Positions 1 through 8,534 of a stretch of 64,000 nucleotides of DNA are shown piece after piece. A model generated the notes under the pieces. It did not search any database. It was not told the origin of the DNA and worked only from the letters and a program-made list of their open reading frames with translations. The stretch lies in NCBI GenBank assembly GCA_036389675.1, contig DASVWI010000022.1:1112-65111 (forward strand). Reading direction: 5' to 3'. This stretch comes from Pyrinomonadaceae bacterium (GTDB taxonomy: Bacteria; Acidobacteriota; Blastocatellia; Pyrinomonadales; Pyrinomonadaceae). Positions within the stretch are counted from its first letter, which is position 1. Each line of letters starts with the position of its first letter. Made by a program: the position numbers and the translations under genes.

Positions 1-45
1 GAATTTATCGGCAAACTCTTCCTGGCATACTGGACACAGTTTCAT
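1..45 (-). CDS. 5' end of an unknown gene that leaves the window (reads MKLCPVCQEEFADKF..., CxxC zinc-ribbon-like start)
   Basis: ATG on the minus strand at 45-43, preceded by a GAGGGT SD-like motif (rc of 50-55). Only 15 codons are visible. Confidence 0.3.
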   Translation of the reverse strand, partial: MKLCPVCQEEFADKF

Positions 46-190
46 GTCTACCCTCTAGTTCCGCTTCAAGGGGGAAAGCCCGTGCTTTATCACTCAAGCG
101 GCGTTCTAAACTTTCTTTCAAGTGATTCGATCTTCGGTTGCAGGCTTGCTGGATACGGGGCGTCCGACCACCTTTTTTGACCCGAACCGC

Positions 191-219
191 ATTATACTCA
201 TCTTTGCTTGACGTGTGAA
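191..219 (-). promoter_or_regulatory. sigma70-like promoter pointing left toward the truncated ORF
   Basis: The minus strand reads TTCACA-N17-TATAAT (rc of 214-219 and 191-196). This implies a leader of about 140 nt that contains a CCGCTT/AAGCGG hairpin. Confidence 0.35.
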
Positions 220-416
220 ACAGGCACGCGCGGCCTGCAAACCCTGCTTGAACCGGAGTTTTGATGCAGCAAAGTGCCAAACGGTTGACGCGGGGTGCGG
301 ACTGTCTCTAAACTGTTTTCGTCTCTTCCACAACTTTTTTCCGCCGGGTCTGGATAAAATTTACGGTCACGCGAAGGGCGGGCCGCTCATCTACCGAAAG
401 CTCTTTCAGGTCAGCT

Positions 417-1841
417 ATGAACACCCGATTCCTAACATTTAGTGCGATAAAATCAGGCTTTTTAGTGGTTTTCCTCTCGCTCGCGCTCTTGCCGGGCGAC
501 GCCTTCGCGACCACGCAAAGCGTGCCTGAGCCCCACCGCGAGCAGCTCCTGAACGGCCTCAACGTCCTGATCTTTAAGCGCGCGGGCGACCCGAACGTCC
601 TCGTCAAGCTACGCATACACAGCGGCGCGGCCTTTGATCTGGCAGGCAAGGCGGGCACGATGGCCCTGCTGAGCGACATGCTGTTTCCAGACCCGACGAC
701 GCGCGATTACTTTACGGAGGAGCTGGGCGGTCGCCTCGACGTGACCTCTGATTACGACTCGATCAACATCACTCTCACGGGCCGCGCCTCGGAGTTTGAG
801 CGCATTGTCGAGTTGCTGAGCCCGGCGCTGGTCAATACTCCATTTGTCCCCGAGACGGTCTCAAGGCTGCGCGACGCCCGCATCAAGGTGGTCAGCGCGA
901 CGGGTAATGTTCCGGGCACGATTGCCGACAGGGCCGTCGCCGCCCGTCTCTACAGTGATTTCCCTTACGGACGCCCCAGCGCCGGAACGCCCGAGACACT
1001 GGCTCGCGTAGAGCGCGCCGACCTGCTCTATGCCCGCGACAGATTTCTCAACCCGAACAATGCCACGATGGTCGTCATCGGCGGCGTGGAAGAGCGCCGG
1101 GCCATGCGAGCCCTCAGACAGCTTCTGGGAATGTGGCGCAAGAGCGATTCGGTTGTGCCCTCGACTTTTCGTCAGCCGGAGCTGCCGGACACGCGGACGC
1201 TTCTGGTTGACCTGCCGGGCACGGAGACAGCCGAAATCAGGCTCGCGACGCGCTCCCTCGCGCGCTCGGACAGGGACGCTTCGGCGGCGGCAATGCTCGC
1301 GCTGCTTGCGCGAGACAGATGGCAGGCCGCGCTCCCGGAGCTTGGCAAGAGCGCCTTCTTCGTCCGAAACGAAGCGCACGTCCTGCCCGGCCTCTTTATC
1401 ATGGGCGCGAGCGTGCGCGCCGGCGTCGCCGCGCAGACCCTTGCGGCGGCGCGCAACGTCCTTCGCACGCTCTCGACCTCGCCGCCCACCACAGTCGAGT
1501 TCGAGCGCGTCAGGAACGAGGCGCTGGCCCTCTTTAATAAACGGCTTGAGCAGCCTGAGACGTTTGCCGATCTCTGGCTGGATGTCGCGACCTACAAGCT
1601 CCCGCCGGTTGCCGATCAGGCGCGGGCCTTCAGTCAGGTCACGCAGGCGGACGTGCAGCGCGTGGCCGCAAAGCTTTTCCGTGATACGCCTGCGGTCGCG
1701 GTCGCAGTCGGCAGCGCCTCCCAGCTTAGCGCAGACCTTGAGCGCGAAGGTAAAGTGGAGGTCATCGGAGCGGCCACCAGCACGCCGCAGGCGATGCCCG
1801 CTCCTTCTGCGACCCCAGCCCCGTCCAAGACCCCTTTTTAA
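417..1841 (+). CDS. M16 (pitrilysin/insulinase) family protein, probably a non-catalytic subunit, secreted
   Basis: 474-aa ORF with an N-terminal signal peptide (...LLPGDAFA). Overall M16-like sequence. The position of the HxxEH zinc motif reads GTMALLSDM, so the catalytic motif is absent. Confidence 0.7.
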   Translation: MNTRFLTFSAIKSGFLVVFLSLALLPGDAFATTQSVPEPHREQLLNGLNVLIFKRAGDPNVLVKLRIHSGAAFDLAGKAGTMALLSDMLFPDPTTRDYFTEELGGRLDVTSDYDSINITLTGRASEFERIVELLSPALVNTPFVPETVSRLRDARIKVVSATGNVPGTIADRAVAARLYSDFPYGRPSAGTPETLARVERADLLYARDRFLNPNNATMVVIGGVEERRAMRALRQLLGMWRKSDSVVPSTFRQPELPDTRTLLVDLPGTETAEIRLATRSLARSDRDASAAAMLALLARDRWQAALPELGKSAFFVRNEAHVLPGLFIMGASVRAGVAAQTLAAARNVLRTLSTSPPTTVEFERVRNEALALFNKRLEQPETFADLWLDVATYKLPPVADQARAFSQVTQADVQRVAAKLFRDTPAVAVAVGSASQLSADLEREGKVEVIGAATSTPQAMPAPSATPAPSKTPF

Positions 1842-1898
1842 TTTGCAAATGTATCGCAACTCTACTGCAACCATCCGCTAGACAGGATTAGATTAACT

Positions 1899-2633
1899 GT
1901 GTCCGATTGGAAAAATAGCGCCGAAGGCGATCATGCGCGTCGAGTACGCGAAATGTTTAGCAAAATCGCCGCTCGCTACGATCTTTTAAATCACCTCCTG
2001 TCGGGCAATACGGATCAGCGCTGGCGACGGCTTGTTGCGAAGAGATTGCAGGCATCGCTGGCACATGAAGGGGCTCGCGCCTTGGACGTAGCCTGCGGCA
2101 CGGGAGACTTATCGCTGGCTATCGCGCGCGCGACGGGCGCTCGCGTCATCGGCACGGATTTCTGTCGCCCGATGCTTGAGATTGCGTCGCGCAAGAGCGC
2201 TGAGCAGGCGGCCACGATTCCGTTCATAGAGGGTGATGCCTTGCGGCTTCCCTTCGCTGACGGAGCGTTTGATGCCGTCAGCATCGCGTTCGGCCTGCGT
2301 AACCTCGCGAGCGTTGAGGGAGGGTTACAGGAGCTCTGGCGGGTCTTAAAGCCGGGCGGGCGCTGCGCCGTGCTGGAATTTTCCAGCCCCGTCGTGCCGG
2401 GCTTTCGCAGGCTCTTTCAGTTCTACTTTACGCGCGTGCTGCCGCGCATCGGCGGGCTCGTCAGCGGGTCGCGCGGCGCTTATGAGTATCTGCCGGATTC
2501 CGTTTCGCGCTTCCCGGATCAGAAACGCCTTGCCGGGTTGATGCGTGGGGTCGGCTTCGAGGAGGTCGAATACAGGAATTTGACGGGCGGAATCGCTGCC
2601 CTGCACATGGGCACTCGGCCACGTCAGACTTGA
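1899..2633 (+). CDS. ubiE: demethylmenaquinone / ubiquinone C-methyltransferase
   Basis: GTG start. FSKIAARYDLLNHLLSGNTDQRWRR plus the SAM motif LDVACGTGD and a PGGRCAVLEFS block are typical of UbiE/MenG. Confidence 0.9.
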   Translation: MSDWKNSAEGDHARRVREMFSKIAARYDLLNHLLSGNTDQRWRRLVAKRLQASLAHEGARALDVACGTGDLSLAIARATGARVIGTDFCRPMLEIASRKSAEQAATIPFIEGDALRLPFADGAFDAVSIAFGLRNLASVEGGLQELWRVLKPGGRCAVLEFSSPVVPGFRRLFQFYFTRVLPRIGGLVSGSRGAYEYLPDSVSRFPDQKRLAGLMRGVGFEEVEYRNLTGGIAALHMGTRPRQT

Positions 2634-2894
2634 ATCGAGTTTGGTTGCAGAGCGAACGACTCAAAAAGAGTGATGCAACCACTAACGTAGTCCGATAGGT
2701 TCGCTTTCATTCTTCTGTGCGCGGTTGTCGGGGCCGCTCACGGATATGAAGGGAGTGGACACTATCGGGCTACGTTTTAATTTTCGGGCCACGGGAGTTT
2801 TCCGCTTTCTTGCTGTCAAGACCTCTTAATTCTGCTATTATCCGGGATTGTTAATCCAGCATTCCAACTGAACGGGCGCGCGCCGCAGTCTTAG

Positions 2895-3887
2895 ATGAAG
2901 CACACGATCCTTGGTCTCCTACGCCGCATTGGCCTTCTGCTTCTCGTCGTCTGGACTGTCGTGTCACTGGTGACGGTGCTCATAGAGCTTGTGCCGGGCG
3001 ACCCGGCAATCGCCATCCTCGGCGAACAGGCGACGCCGGAGCTGATCGCACAGTTTCGCGAAAAGCACGGCCTCGACCGACCGCCCTTCTTCGTCTCCTT
3101 TCCGCAGGACGCGAGCGGGTCACGCCATCTTCGCTGGAACGGCATGAGCAATCGCTACGTGGAATACTGGCGAGACGTTCTGCACGGCGACATGGGCCGC
3201 TCTTTTCGCACCGACCGGCCCGTGCGCGACCTGATTCTCGAACGTTACCCGGCGACCATAGAGCTGGCGATTGCCGCGCTCATCATCGCCGTCGCCATAG
3301 CCATCCCTCTAGGCGTCGTGGCAGGGAAAAATCGCGGCACGCTGATCGACAATTTTTCGAGCGTCGTCGCGCTCATAGGCATCAGTCTGCCCGGCTTCGT
3401 CATTGGGCCAATGCTGGTCTATATCTTCTCCGTCAAGCTTCGCTGGCTCGCCGCCTCAGGCCGTTTCTATCCCGAAGACATCATCCTGCCAGCCGTCACG
3501 CTGGGCGCAGCGCTCTCCGCCATACTGACGCGCATGGTGCGCTCCTCGGTGATAGAAGAGCTGGGCGAGGATTACGTGCGAACGGCCCGCGCCAAGGGCC
3601 TGAGCGAAAACAAGGTCGTCTATAAGCACGTCCTGAAGAACGGCCTGATTCCCGTGGTCACTATTCTGGGCTTGCAGCTAGGCGTGCTTCTTGCCGGTGC
3701 GATTATCACGGAGAAGATTTTCAGTTGGCCCGGTATAGGGCTGCTGCTCGTTGAGGACGGAATCAATAAGCGCGATTATCGTCTGGTGCAGGGCTGTGTG
3801 CTGGTCATCAGCGTCACCTACATCTTCGCCAACGCGCTCACAGACATGGTCTACCGCTGGCTCGACCCGAGGATAAGAGTGCAGTGA
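2895..3887 (+). CDS. ABC transporter permease, DppB/OppB type
   Basis: 330 aa, 6 TM segments. N-terminal LVPGDPA motif and an EEDYVRTARAKGL EAA-loop block are typical of peptide/nickel permeases. Confidence 0.85.
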   Translation: MKHTILGLLRRIGLLLLVVWTVVSLVTVLIELVPGDPAIAILGEQATPELIAQFREKHGLDRPPFFVSFPQDASGSRHLRWNGMSNRYVEYWRDVLHGDMGRSFRTDRPVRDLILERYPATIELAIAALIIAVAIAIPLGVVAGKNRGTLIDNFSSVVALIGISLPGFVIGPMLVYIFSVKLRWLAASGRFYPEDIILPAVTLGAALSAILTRMVRSSVIEELGEDYVRTARAKGLSENKVVYKHVLKNGLIPVVTILGLQLGVLLAGAIITEKIFSWPGIGLLLVEDGINKRDYRLVQGCVLVISVTYIFANALTDMVYRWLDPRIRVQ

Positions 3888-3991
3888 CGAGTGACAGGTG
3901 ACGAGCGGCAAGCTAAAGACAGCATCGCTCTCGTCACTGTTCCTGCTTTTGGTTCTCTCACTCGTCACTTGTCGCTCATCACAGTTTTCTT

Positions 3992-4807
3992 ATGAACCGT
4001 TTAGCTGTTTTTGGATTCGTCGTCGTCGTGATTCTGATCGTGGTCGCGGTCTTTGCGCCGTGGATTGCCACGCAGGAGGTGGGCCAGACCAATCTTCCGA
4101 TGCGTTATCTGCCGCCCTCTGCCGCTCATTGGTTCGGGACGGATTCGACGGGCCGCGATATCTTCGCGCGTGTTGTCTTCGGCGCGCGTATCTCGCTGCG
4201 CGTGGGGCTCACGGTCGTCGCGGTCTCGGCCATCGTCGGGACAATCCTTGGCGCGCTCGCAGGCTACTACGGCGGCTGGCTTGATCGGCTGATGTCCGGC
4301 TATTTGTTCAACGTCTTTCTGGCGTTTCCGGGGCTGCTGCTGGCGATTGCGCTTGTGGCGTTTCTCGGCGCTGGCCTCAACAAGCTGATCTTCGCGCTGT
4401 GCATCATCGGCTGGGTCGGCTACGCGCGCCTGATTCGCGGGCAGGTCTTGAAGGTGCGCGAGTATGATTTCGTGCAGGCGGCGCGTGCCCTTGGCGCGGG
4501 CGATATGCGAATACTCTTTCTGCATATTCTGCCGAACGCCGTGCAACCGCTCATCGTGCAGGCGAGCTTAGGAATGGCAGGTGCGGTTCTGGCAGAGGCT
4601 TCGCTCTCTTTTCTTGGTCTGGGCGTGCCGCCTCCCGCGCCGTCCTGGGGAGTGATGATAGAGGAAGCCCGTGATCTTTCGACGCTTCAGTCCGCGCCGC
4701 ACGCGCTCATCTTTCCCGGTCTGGCGATTGCGCTCACAGTGCTCGCTTTCAATTTCATAGGCGACGGCCTGCGCGAATACTTAGACCCGCGACAGCGCAA
4801 GCGCTGA
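3992..4807 (+). CDS. ABC transporter permease, DppC/OppC type
   Basis: 271 aa. HWFGTDSTGRDIFARVVFGARISL and a YDFVQAARALGA block are typical of DppC/OppC. Confidence 0.85.
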   Translation: MNRLAVFGFVVVVILIVVAVFAPWIATQEVGQTNLPMRYLPPSAAHWFGTDSTGRDIFARVVFGARISLRVGLTVVAVSAIVGTILGALAGYYGGWLDRLMSGYLFNVFLAFPGLLLAIALVAFLGAGLNKLIFALCIIGWVGYARLIRGQVLKVREYDFVQAARALGAGDMRILFLHILPNAVQPLIVQASLGMAGAVLAEASLSFLGLGVPPPAPSWGVMIEEARDLSTLQSAPHALIFPGLAIALTVLAFNFIGDGLREYLDPRQRKR

Positions 4808-4819
4808 GCTTAAAACCTG

Positions 4820-4850
4820 TTGACACCTTTGGCCGCTAAATGATAAATCG
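4820..4850 (+). promoter_or_regulatory. sigma70-like promoter for the Arg-rich ORF
   Basis: Perfect TTGACA at 4820-4825, then TGaTAAATC (extended -10 like) about 17-18 nt downstream. The leader is about 140 nt. Confidence 0.4.
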
Positions 4851-4993
4851 CTGGGGCTCAGAGCTTCTCTCCCTGCTCAAAACTTCCGGGCTACTGCGGC
4901 GAGGCGCTGGTCAGGTCTGCGCGCCTCGGTCGTCCTTGTCTGTAACCCGGCTCTATTCATTCAGTCTCTTAAACCTGTTACCCGGAGGTCAGT

Positions 4994-5365
4994 ATGAAGA
5001 AAACCCTGATTAGCATCGTGCTTTCGACTTTTCTCCTGAGCATGCACGTGCCTGTTGAAGCGAGCGAGGTGAACTCGTCTGCCGAGGAGATGCAGGCGAA
5101 TTCTCTGCCCGTCTCAGTCGCCGCAACGGCATCCTTGCAGTCCATTGGCATCGGTCGCAGGCGAACCGTGCGCCGTCGCCGCCGCGTCATGCGTCGGATG
5201 GTTCGCCGTCGCGTCAGACGCATCAATCGTGGCCGTCAACTGCGGCGCGGAACCTACATGAGGCGCTCGGTTCGTGGCCGCCGTCATCCACGCACCATGC
5301 GCGTCGGCATTGGCATCCCGCGTCGCGTCGGCGTCGGGGTCAGAAGCAGGCGCAGAGGTTTTTAA
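4994..5365 (+). CDS. small protein: Sec-type signal peptide, acidic spacer, polyarginine domain (hypothetical)
   Basis: GGAGG SD 7 nt upstream of the ATG. MKKTLISIVLSTFLLSMHVPVEA/SE is signal-peptide-like. Residues 55-121 contain 32 Arg (48%) and no Asp or Glu. Confidence 0.6.
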   Translation: MKKTLISIVLSTFLLSMHVPVEASEVNSSAEEMQANSLPVSVAATASLQSIGIGRRRTVRRRRRVMRRMVRRRVRRINRGRQLRRGTYMRRSVRGRRHPRTMRVGIGIPRRVGVGVRSRRRGF

Positions 5366-5404
5366 GAGTCCCTGCCGAAACCCGGATCGCCTTTATGGCG
5401 CGGG

Positions 5405-5518
5405 AGATTCAAACGGGGATGGACAGAGAGGGTCAGGATAAAGAAAAAGCTTTAAAGCATTCATGCCTTCATGCTCTCTCTTTATCCTGACGATCTTTGT
5501 CCATCCCTGTTAATTTTC
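5405..5518. repeat. palindromic intergenic element, type A, copy 1
   Basis: Imperfect inverted arms of about 40 nt: GGGATGGACAGAGAGGGTCAGGATAAAGA...TCTTTATCCTGACGATCTTTGTCCATCCC. The loop contains AAGCATTCA. Related to the copy at 7459-7562. Confidence 0.7.
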
Positions 5519-5526
5519 AACTGCTT

Positions 5527-6618
5527 ATGTCATCAGCAGCAATCAAAGAGGAGCAGGGCGCGGCCAATCAAAGGGAGGACGCGCCGTGTGCGGCGACGGG
5601 CCGCGCCGTTGCGGTCGCCATCAAGCAGCTCTCAAAGACGTATCCTGTTTCGCTTGAGCGCCTCAAAAAATTGTTCCGCCGCCCGATCAAGCCTCCCGTC
5701 GAGGCCCTGCGTGATGTCTCCTTCGAGGTGAAGGAAGGCGAAATCTTCGGCCTTATCGGACGCAACGGCGCGGGCAAAACCACGCTGACGAAGATCGTCG
5801 CAACGCTCGTGCAGCCGACAAGGGGCAGCGTCTCGGTCAAGGGCTACGACAGCGTGCGTGACGAAGAAGAGGTTCGCAACCGCATAGGTCTGGCGACCGC
5901 CGAAGAGAGAAGCTTTTACTGGCGGCTGACGGTCGAGCAGAATTTGATGTTCTTCGCGCGGCTCTACGGGCTGCGCGACACGGGCGCGCGCCGTCGCATA
6001 GATGAGCTGATCGAGCGTTTCGAGTTGGGAGAGCTGGCGCGCCGACGCTTCGGCGAGCTTTCGACGGGCAACAAACAGCGCATGGCCTTTGCGAGAGCGA
6101 TGCTGGCGAATCCCCCCGTCCTGCTGCTGGACGAGCCCACGCGCTCGCTTGACCCTCTGGCCGCCGCGCGCATGCGTGCCCTCATTCAATCGCTGGCTAC
6201 GGCGACGCCGCCCGTCTCGATTCTGCTGACCTCGCATAATCTCGTCGAAGTCGAAGAGCTTTGCGCGCGCGTAGCCATCATCAGTCGCGGGCACATTCGC
6301 GCGCTGGACACGCCCGCCCGCCTGCGTGCCCTGCACAAACAGACGGAGCGCATCCAGATAAAGGTGCGCGGCGCGAATGCGGACGGCGTCAAGCGCCTGC
6401 TCACGGACGTGCTGGATGATCTCGAAGTAAAAGACTCCGATGAGACCACTCTCATCACGTTCGCGCGAGAGACGGATGATGACCGGCTGGACGCGGCTGC
6501 CAGAGCCCTGCATGAAACGGGGGCGAGCATCATCTCCTTCGATACGGAACGGGCGACCTTGCTCGAAGTGATGGAGAGCTACGAGCAGGACGAGCAGGGG
6601 GGCGAAGAGAAAAGATGA
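5527..6618 (+). CDS. ABC transporter ATP-binding protein (ABC-2/DrrA type, C-terminal accessory domain)
   Basis: Walker A GRNGAGKTT, signature LSTGNKQR, Walker B LLLLDEP. I prefer the ATG at 5527 over the TTG at 5497, which lies inside the repeat arm. Confidence 0.85.
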   Translation: MSSAAIKEEQGAANQREDAPCAATGRAVAVAIKQLSKTYPVSLERLKKLFRRPIKPPVEALRDVSFEVKEGEIFGLIGRNGAGKTTLTKIVATLVQPTRGSVSVKGYDSVRDEEEVRNRIGLATAEERSFYWRLTVEQNLMFFARLYGLRDTGARRRIDELIERFELGELARRRFGELSTGNKQRMAFARAMLANPPVLLLDEPTRSLDPLAAARMRALIQSLATATPPVSILLTSHNLVEVEELCARVAIISRGHIRALDTPARLRALHKQTERIQIKVRGANADGVKRLLTDVLDDLEVKDSDETTLITFARETDDDRLDAAARALHETGASIISFDTERATLLEVMESYEQDEQGGEEKR

Positions 6619-7445
6619 CGAGCATGCTGCTTTTACTGCGACGCGTGCGCGCCTTCGTCGTGCGTGATTTCCTGCTGGCCGTCAGCTATCGCATGGAGTT
6701 TTTCCTGCGTATGCTCTCGATCCTCATCGCCGTCACGACACTGTTCTTCATCTCGCGCATCTTCGAGGGCTTCGTCAATACCGAATACCCGCAGTGGCGC
6801 AATCCTCTGGCGGCGTGGATTACAGGGCTCGCCGTGCTCAACTATTTCATGACGGGGTTTTCCAGCCTGGCGACCGCAATCAGGCAGGAGCAGACGCAAG
6901 GCACGCTTGAGAGCGTGCTGCTGACTCCGATCAATATGCCGACGATGATCATCGCAAGCTCCGCGTGGGATTTCGTGCAGGCGACGTTCTACTCTTTCCT
7001 GTACTTTTTCTTCGGCTGGCTCTTCTTCGACGTGCATTATCAGGGCAACTACCTGCTCGCTTTCATGTTCCTCCTGCTGACGACGCTGGTGCTGGCCTGT
7101 CTCGGCATACTCTCCGCGAGTTTCGCCATGGTCTTTAAGCGCGGCGACCCGTTCGGGATTTTCCTCGGCACAGGCTCGGCGCTTTTCTCCGGCGTCTTTT
7201 TTCCGACGCAGCTTTTGCGAGAGTATGCGGGTCAGGGCTTCGCCAGCGTCTCGCGCATCCTTCCGCCAACCTACGGGCTCGACGGTATCAGGCGCGTCCT
7301 GATTGAAGGTCAGGGTCTGTCACAGGTGCGCGAGCCGCTTTTGACGCTACTCCTCTTTCTGGCCGTGCTGCTTCCCTTCTCCCTCTGGGTCTTCGGACGC
7401 GCCGTGCGCCGCGCCAAGCGTGAGGGCAGCCTCATTCAATACTGA
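6615..7445 (+). CDS. ABC-2 type transporter permease
   Basis: ATGA start/stop overlap with the ATPase. 276 aa with about 6 TM helices, ABC-2 membrane-protein-like. Confidence 0.8.
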   Translation: MTSMLLLLRRVRAFVVRDFLLAVSYRMEFFLRMLSILIAVTTLFFISRIFEGFVNTEYPQWRNPLAAWITGLAVLNYFMTGFSSLATAIRQEQTQGTLESVLLTPINMPTMIIASSAWDFVQATFYSFLYFFFGWLFFDVHYQGNYLLAFMFLLLTTLVLACLGILSASFAMVFKRGDPFGIFLGTGSALFSGVFFPTQLLREYAGQGFASVSRILPPTYGLDGIRRVLIEGQGLSQVREPLLTLLLFLAVLLPFSLWVFGRAVRRAKREGSLIQY

Positions 7446-7458
7446 GGGCCAGGAAAGC

Positions 7459-7562
7459 AATGAACAGGGACGGACAGAGAGGGTCAGGATAAAGAGAAAG
7501 AGCATGAAGCATTCATCTATTAATGCTTTCGTCTTTCATCCTGCATATCCCTGTTTGAATCC
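7459..7562. repeat. palindromic intergenic element, type A, copy 2
   Basis: Shares AACAGGGAcGGACAGAGAGGGTCAGGATAAAGAGA and the terminal CCCTGTTTGAATC with copy 1. The right arm is shortened. Confidence 0.7.
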
Positions 7563-7674
7563 TCTTCCAGTCTCATCTATTTTAAGCGTTCGGCATTAAA
7601 GGTGACGCCGGGCGCGCCTTTTCGCTTCGGGTCGATTTGATACCTGAGCGCGTAGAAGTTAGTCTGTTTGTGGG

Positions 7675-8442
7675 ATGCGACACTGGATCAAAGTTTGGAG
7701 CTGGGTGCTGGTCGGGGTCTTCATTGGCTGGCTCGGCTATGAGTTCATCACCTTTCCCTCGATCTCAAGGCTGCGGTCTGAGAATCCGGCGACGACTTCG
7801 CTGATCGAGACGCGAATCAAGGAGGCCCGAGCGCGTGGCGAAGAACCGAAGCGTTATCAAATCTGGGTTCCGCTCGAACAGATTTCCCCTCAACTGCAAC
7901 GCGCAATCCTCGCCGGTGAAGACTCCAACTTCGCGACCCACCATGGCTTCGATTACGCGGCCATACAGCACGCGTGGGAAGAGGCCCAGCGAGAGGCCGA
8001 GAAGGAAGCCAAACAGGAGGGCGACGATCAATCGAGCTGGATTCCGGCCATGCCTGACTTCAAGCGCGGCGCGTCCACCATCACACAACAGCTCGCCAAG
8101 AACCTCTATCTCTCGTCGCAGAGGTCTTTCGTGCGAAAGGGGCGAGAGGCCGTCATCACCTATTTTCTCGAACGCCAATTGTCGAAGAAGCGTATCCTTG
8201 AGCTTTACCTCAATATCATAGAGTGGGGCGACGGCATCTTTGGCGCGGAGGCCGCATCGCAATACTACTTTCGCAAACCCGCCTCGCAGTTGACGGCGCG
8301 CGAGGCGGCTTACCTCTCGGCAATGGTTCCCGGCCCGCTGAAAGTCTTCAACCCGCGCCTTAACCCGCGCCGCGTCGCACGCCGCCAGCGCATCATCCTG
8401 CGCGGCATGCCGTCCGTACAGATGCCTCCCGGCACGGGCTAG
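7675..8442 (+). CDS. mtgA: monofunctional peptidoglycan glycosyltransferase
   Basis: N-terminal TM, then EDSNFATHHGFD, GASTITQQLAKNLYLS and RILELYLNIIEWGDGIFGAEAA. These are GT51 motifs, collinear with E. coli MtgA. Confidence 0.9.
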   Translation: MRHWIKVWSWVLVGVFIGWLGYEFITFPSISRLRSENPATTSLIETRIKEARARGEEPKRYQIWVPLEQISPQLQRAILAGEDSNFATHHGFDYAAIQHAWEEAQREAEKEAKQEGDDQSSWIPAMPDFKRGASTITQQLAKNLYLSSQRSFVRKGREAVITYFLERQLSKKRILELYLNIIEWGDGIFGAEAASQYYFRKPASQLTAREAAYLSAMVPGPLKVFNPRLNPRRVARRQRIILRGMPSVQMPPGTG

Positions 8443-8473
8443 GCATTCAAACCAACCGCGCTGCAAAATGGAA

Positions 8474-8516
8474 AGGGGCTGCTCTTGTATTAAGAGCAGC
8501 CCCTCTTTTGTTTTTG
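8474..8516. terminator. bidirectional rho-independent terminator (mtgA / pil operon)
   Basis: 13-bp perfect stem AGGGGCTGCTCTT / AAGAGCAGCCCCT with a 5-nt loop. Followed by CTTTTGTTTTT and preceded by AAA on the other strand. Confidence 0.65.
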
Positions 8517-8534
8517 AGTTAGCTAGGGCGAAGC

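Noticed and set aside
5-679. Small ORFs 5-280(-), 118-333(-), 215-442(+) and 308-679(-) at the left edge
   Set aside because: They overlap each other and the M16 gene, lack SD sequences and have Arg/Cys-rich noise-like composition. The region is better explained as a promoter and leader plus the M16 5' region.
861-1874. 337-aa antisense ORF inside the M16 peptidase gene
   Set aside because: Typical high-GC antisense open frame (very Arg/Gly/Leu-rich, no motifs). The plus-strand frame has a signal peptide and a family-like sequence.
4978-5226. 82-aa minus-strand ORF mirroring the Arg-rich ORF
   Set aside because: It is also Arg-rich, but only because it is the complement of CGN-rich codons. 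It has no SD or signal features, whereas the plus frame has a promoter, SD and signal peptide.
5632-6513. 293-aa antisense ORF inside the ABC ATPase gene
   Set aside because: The plus frame carries the Walker A, signature and Walker B motifs. The antisense frame has no motifs.
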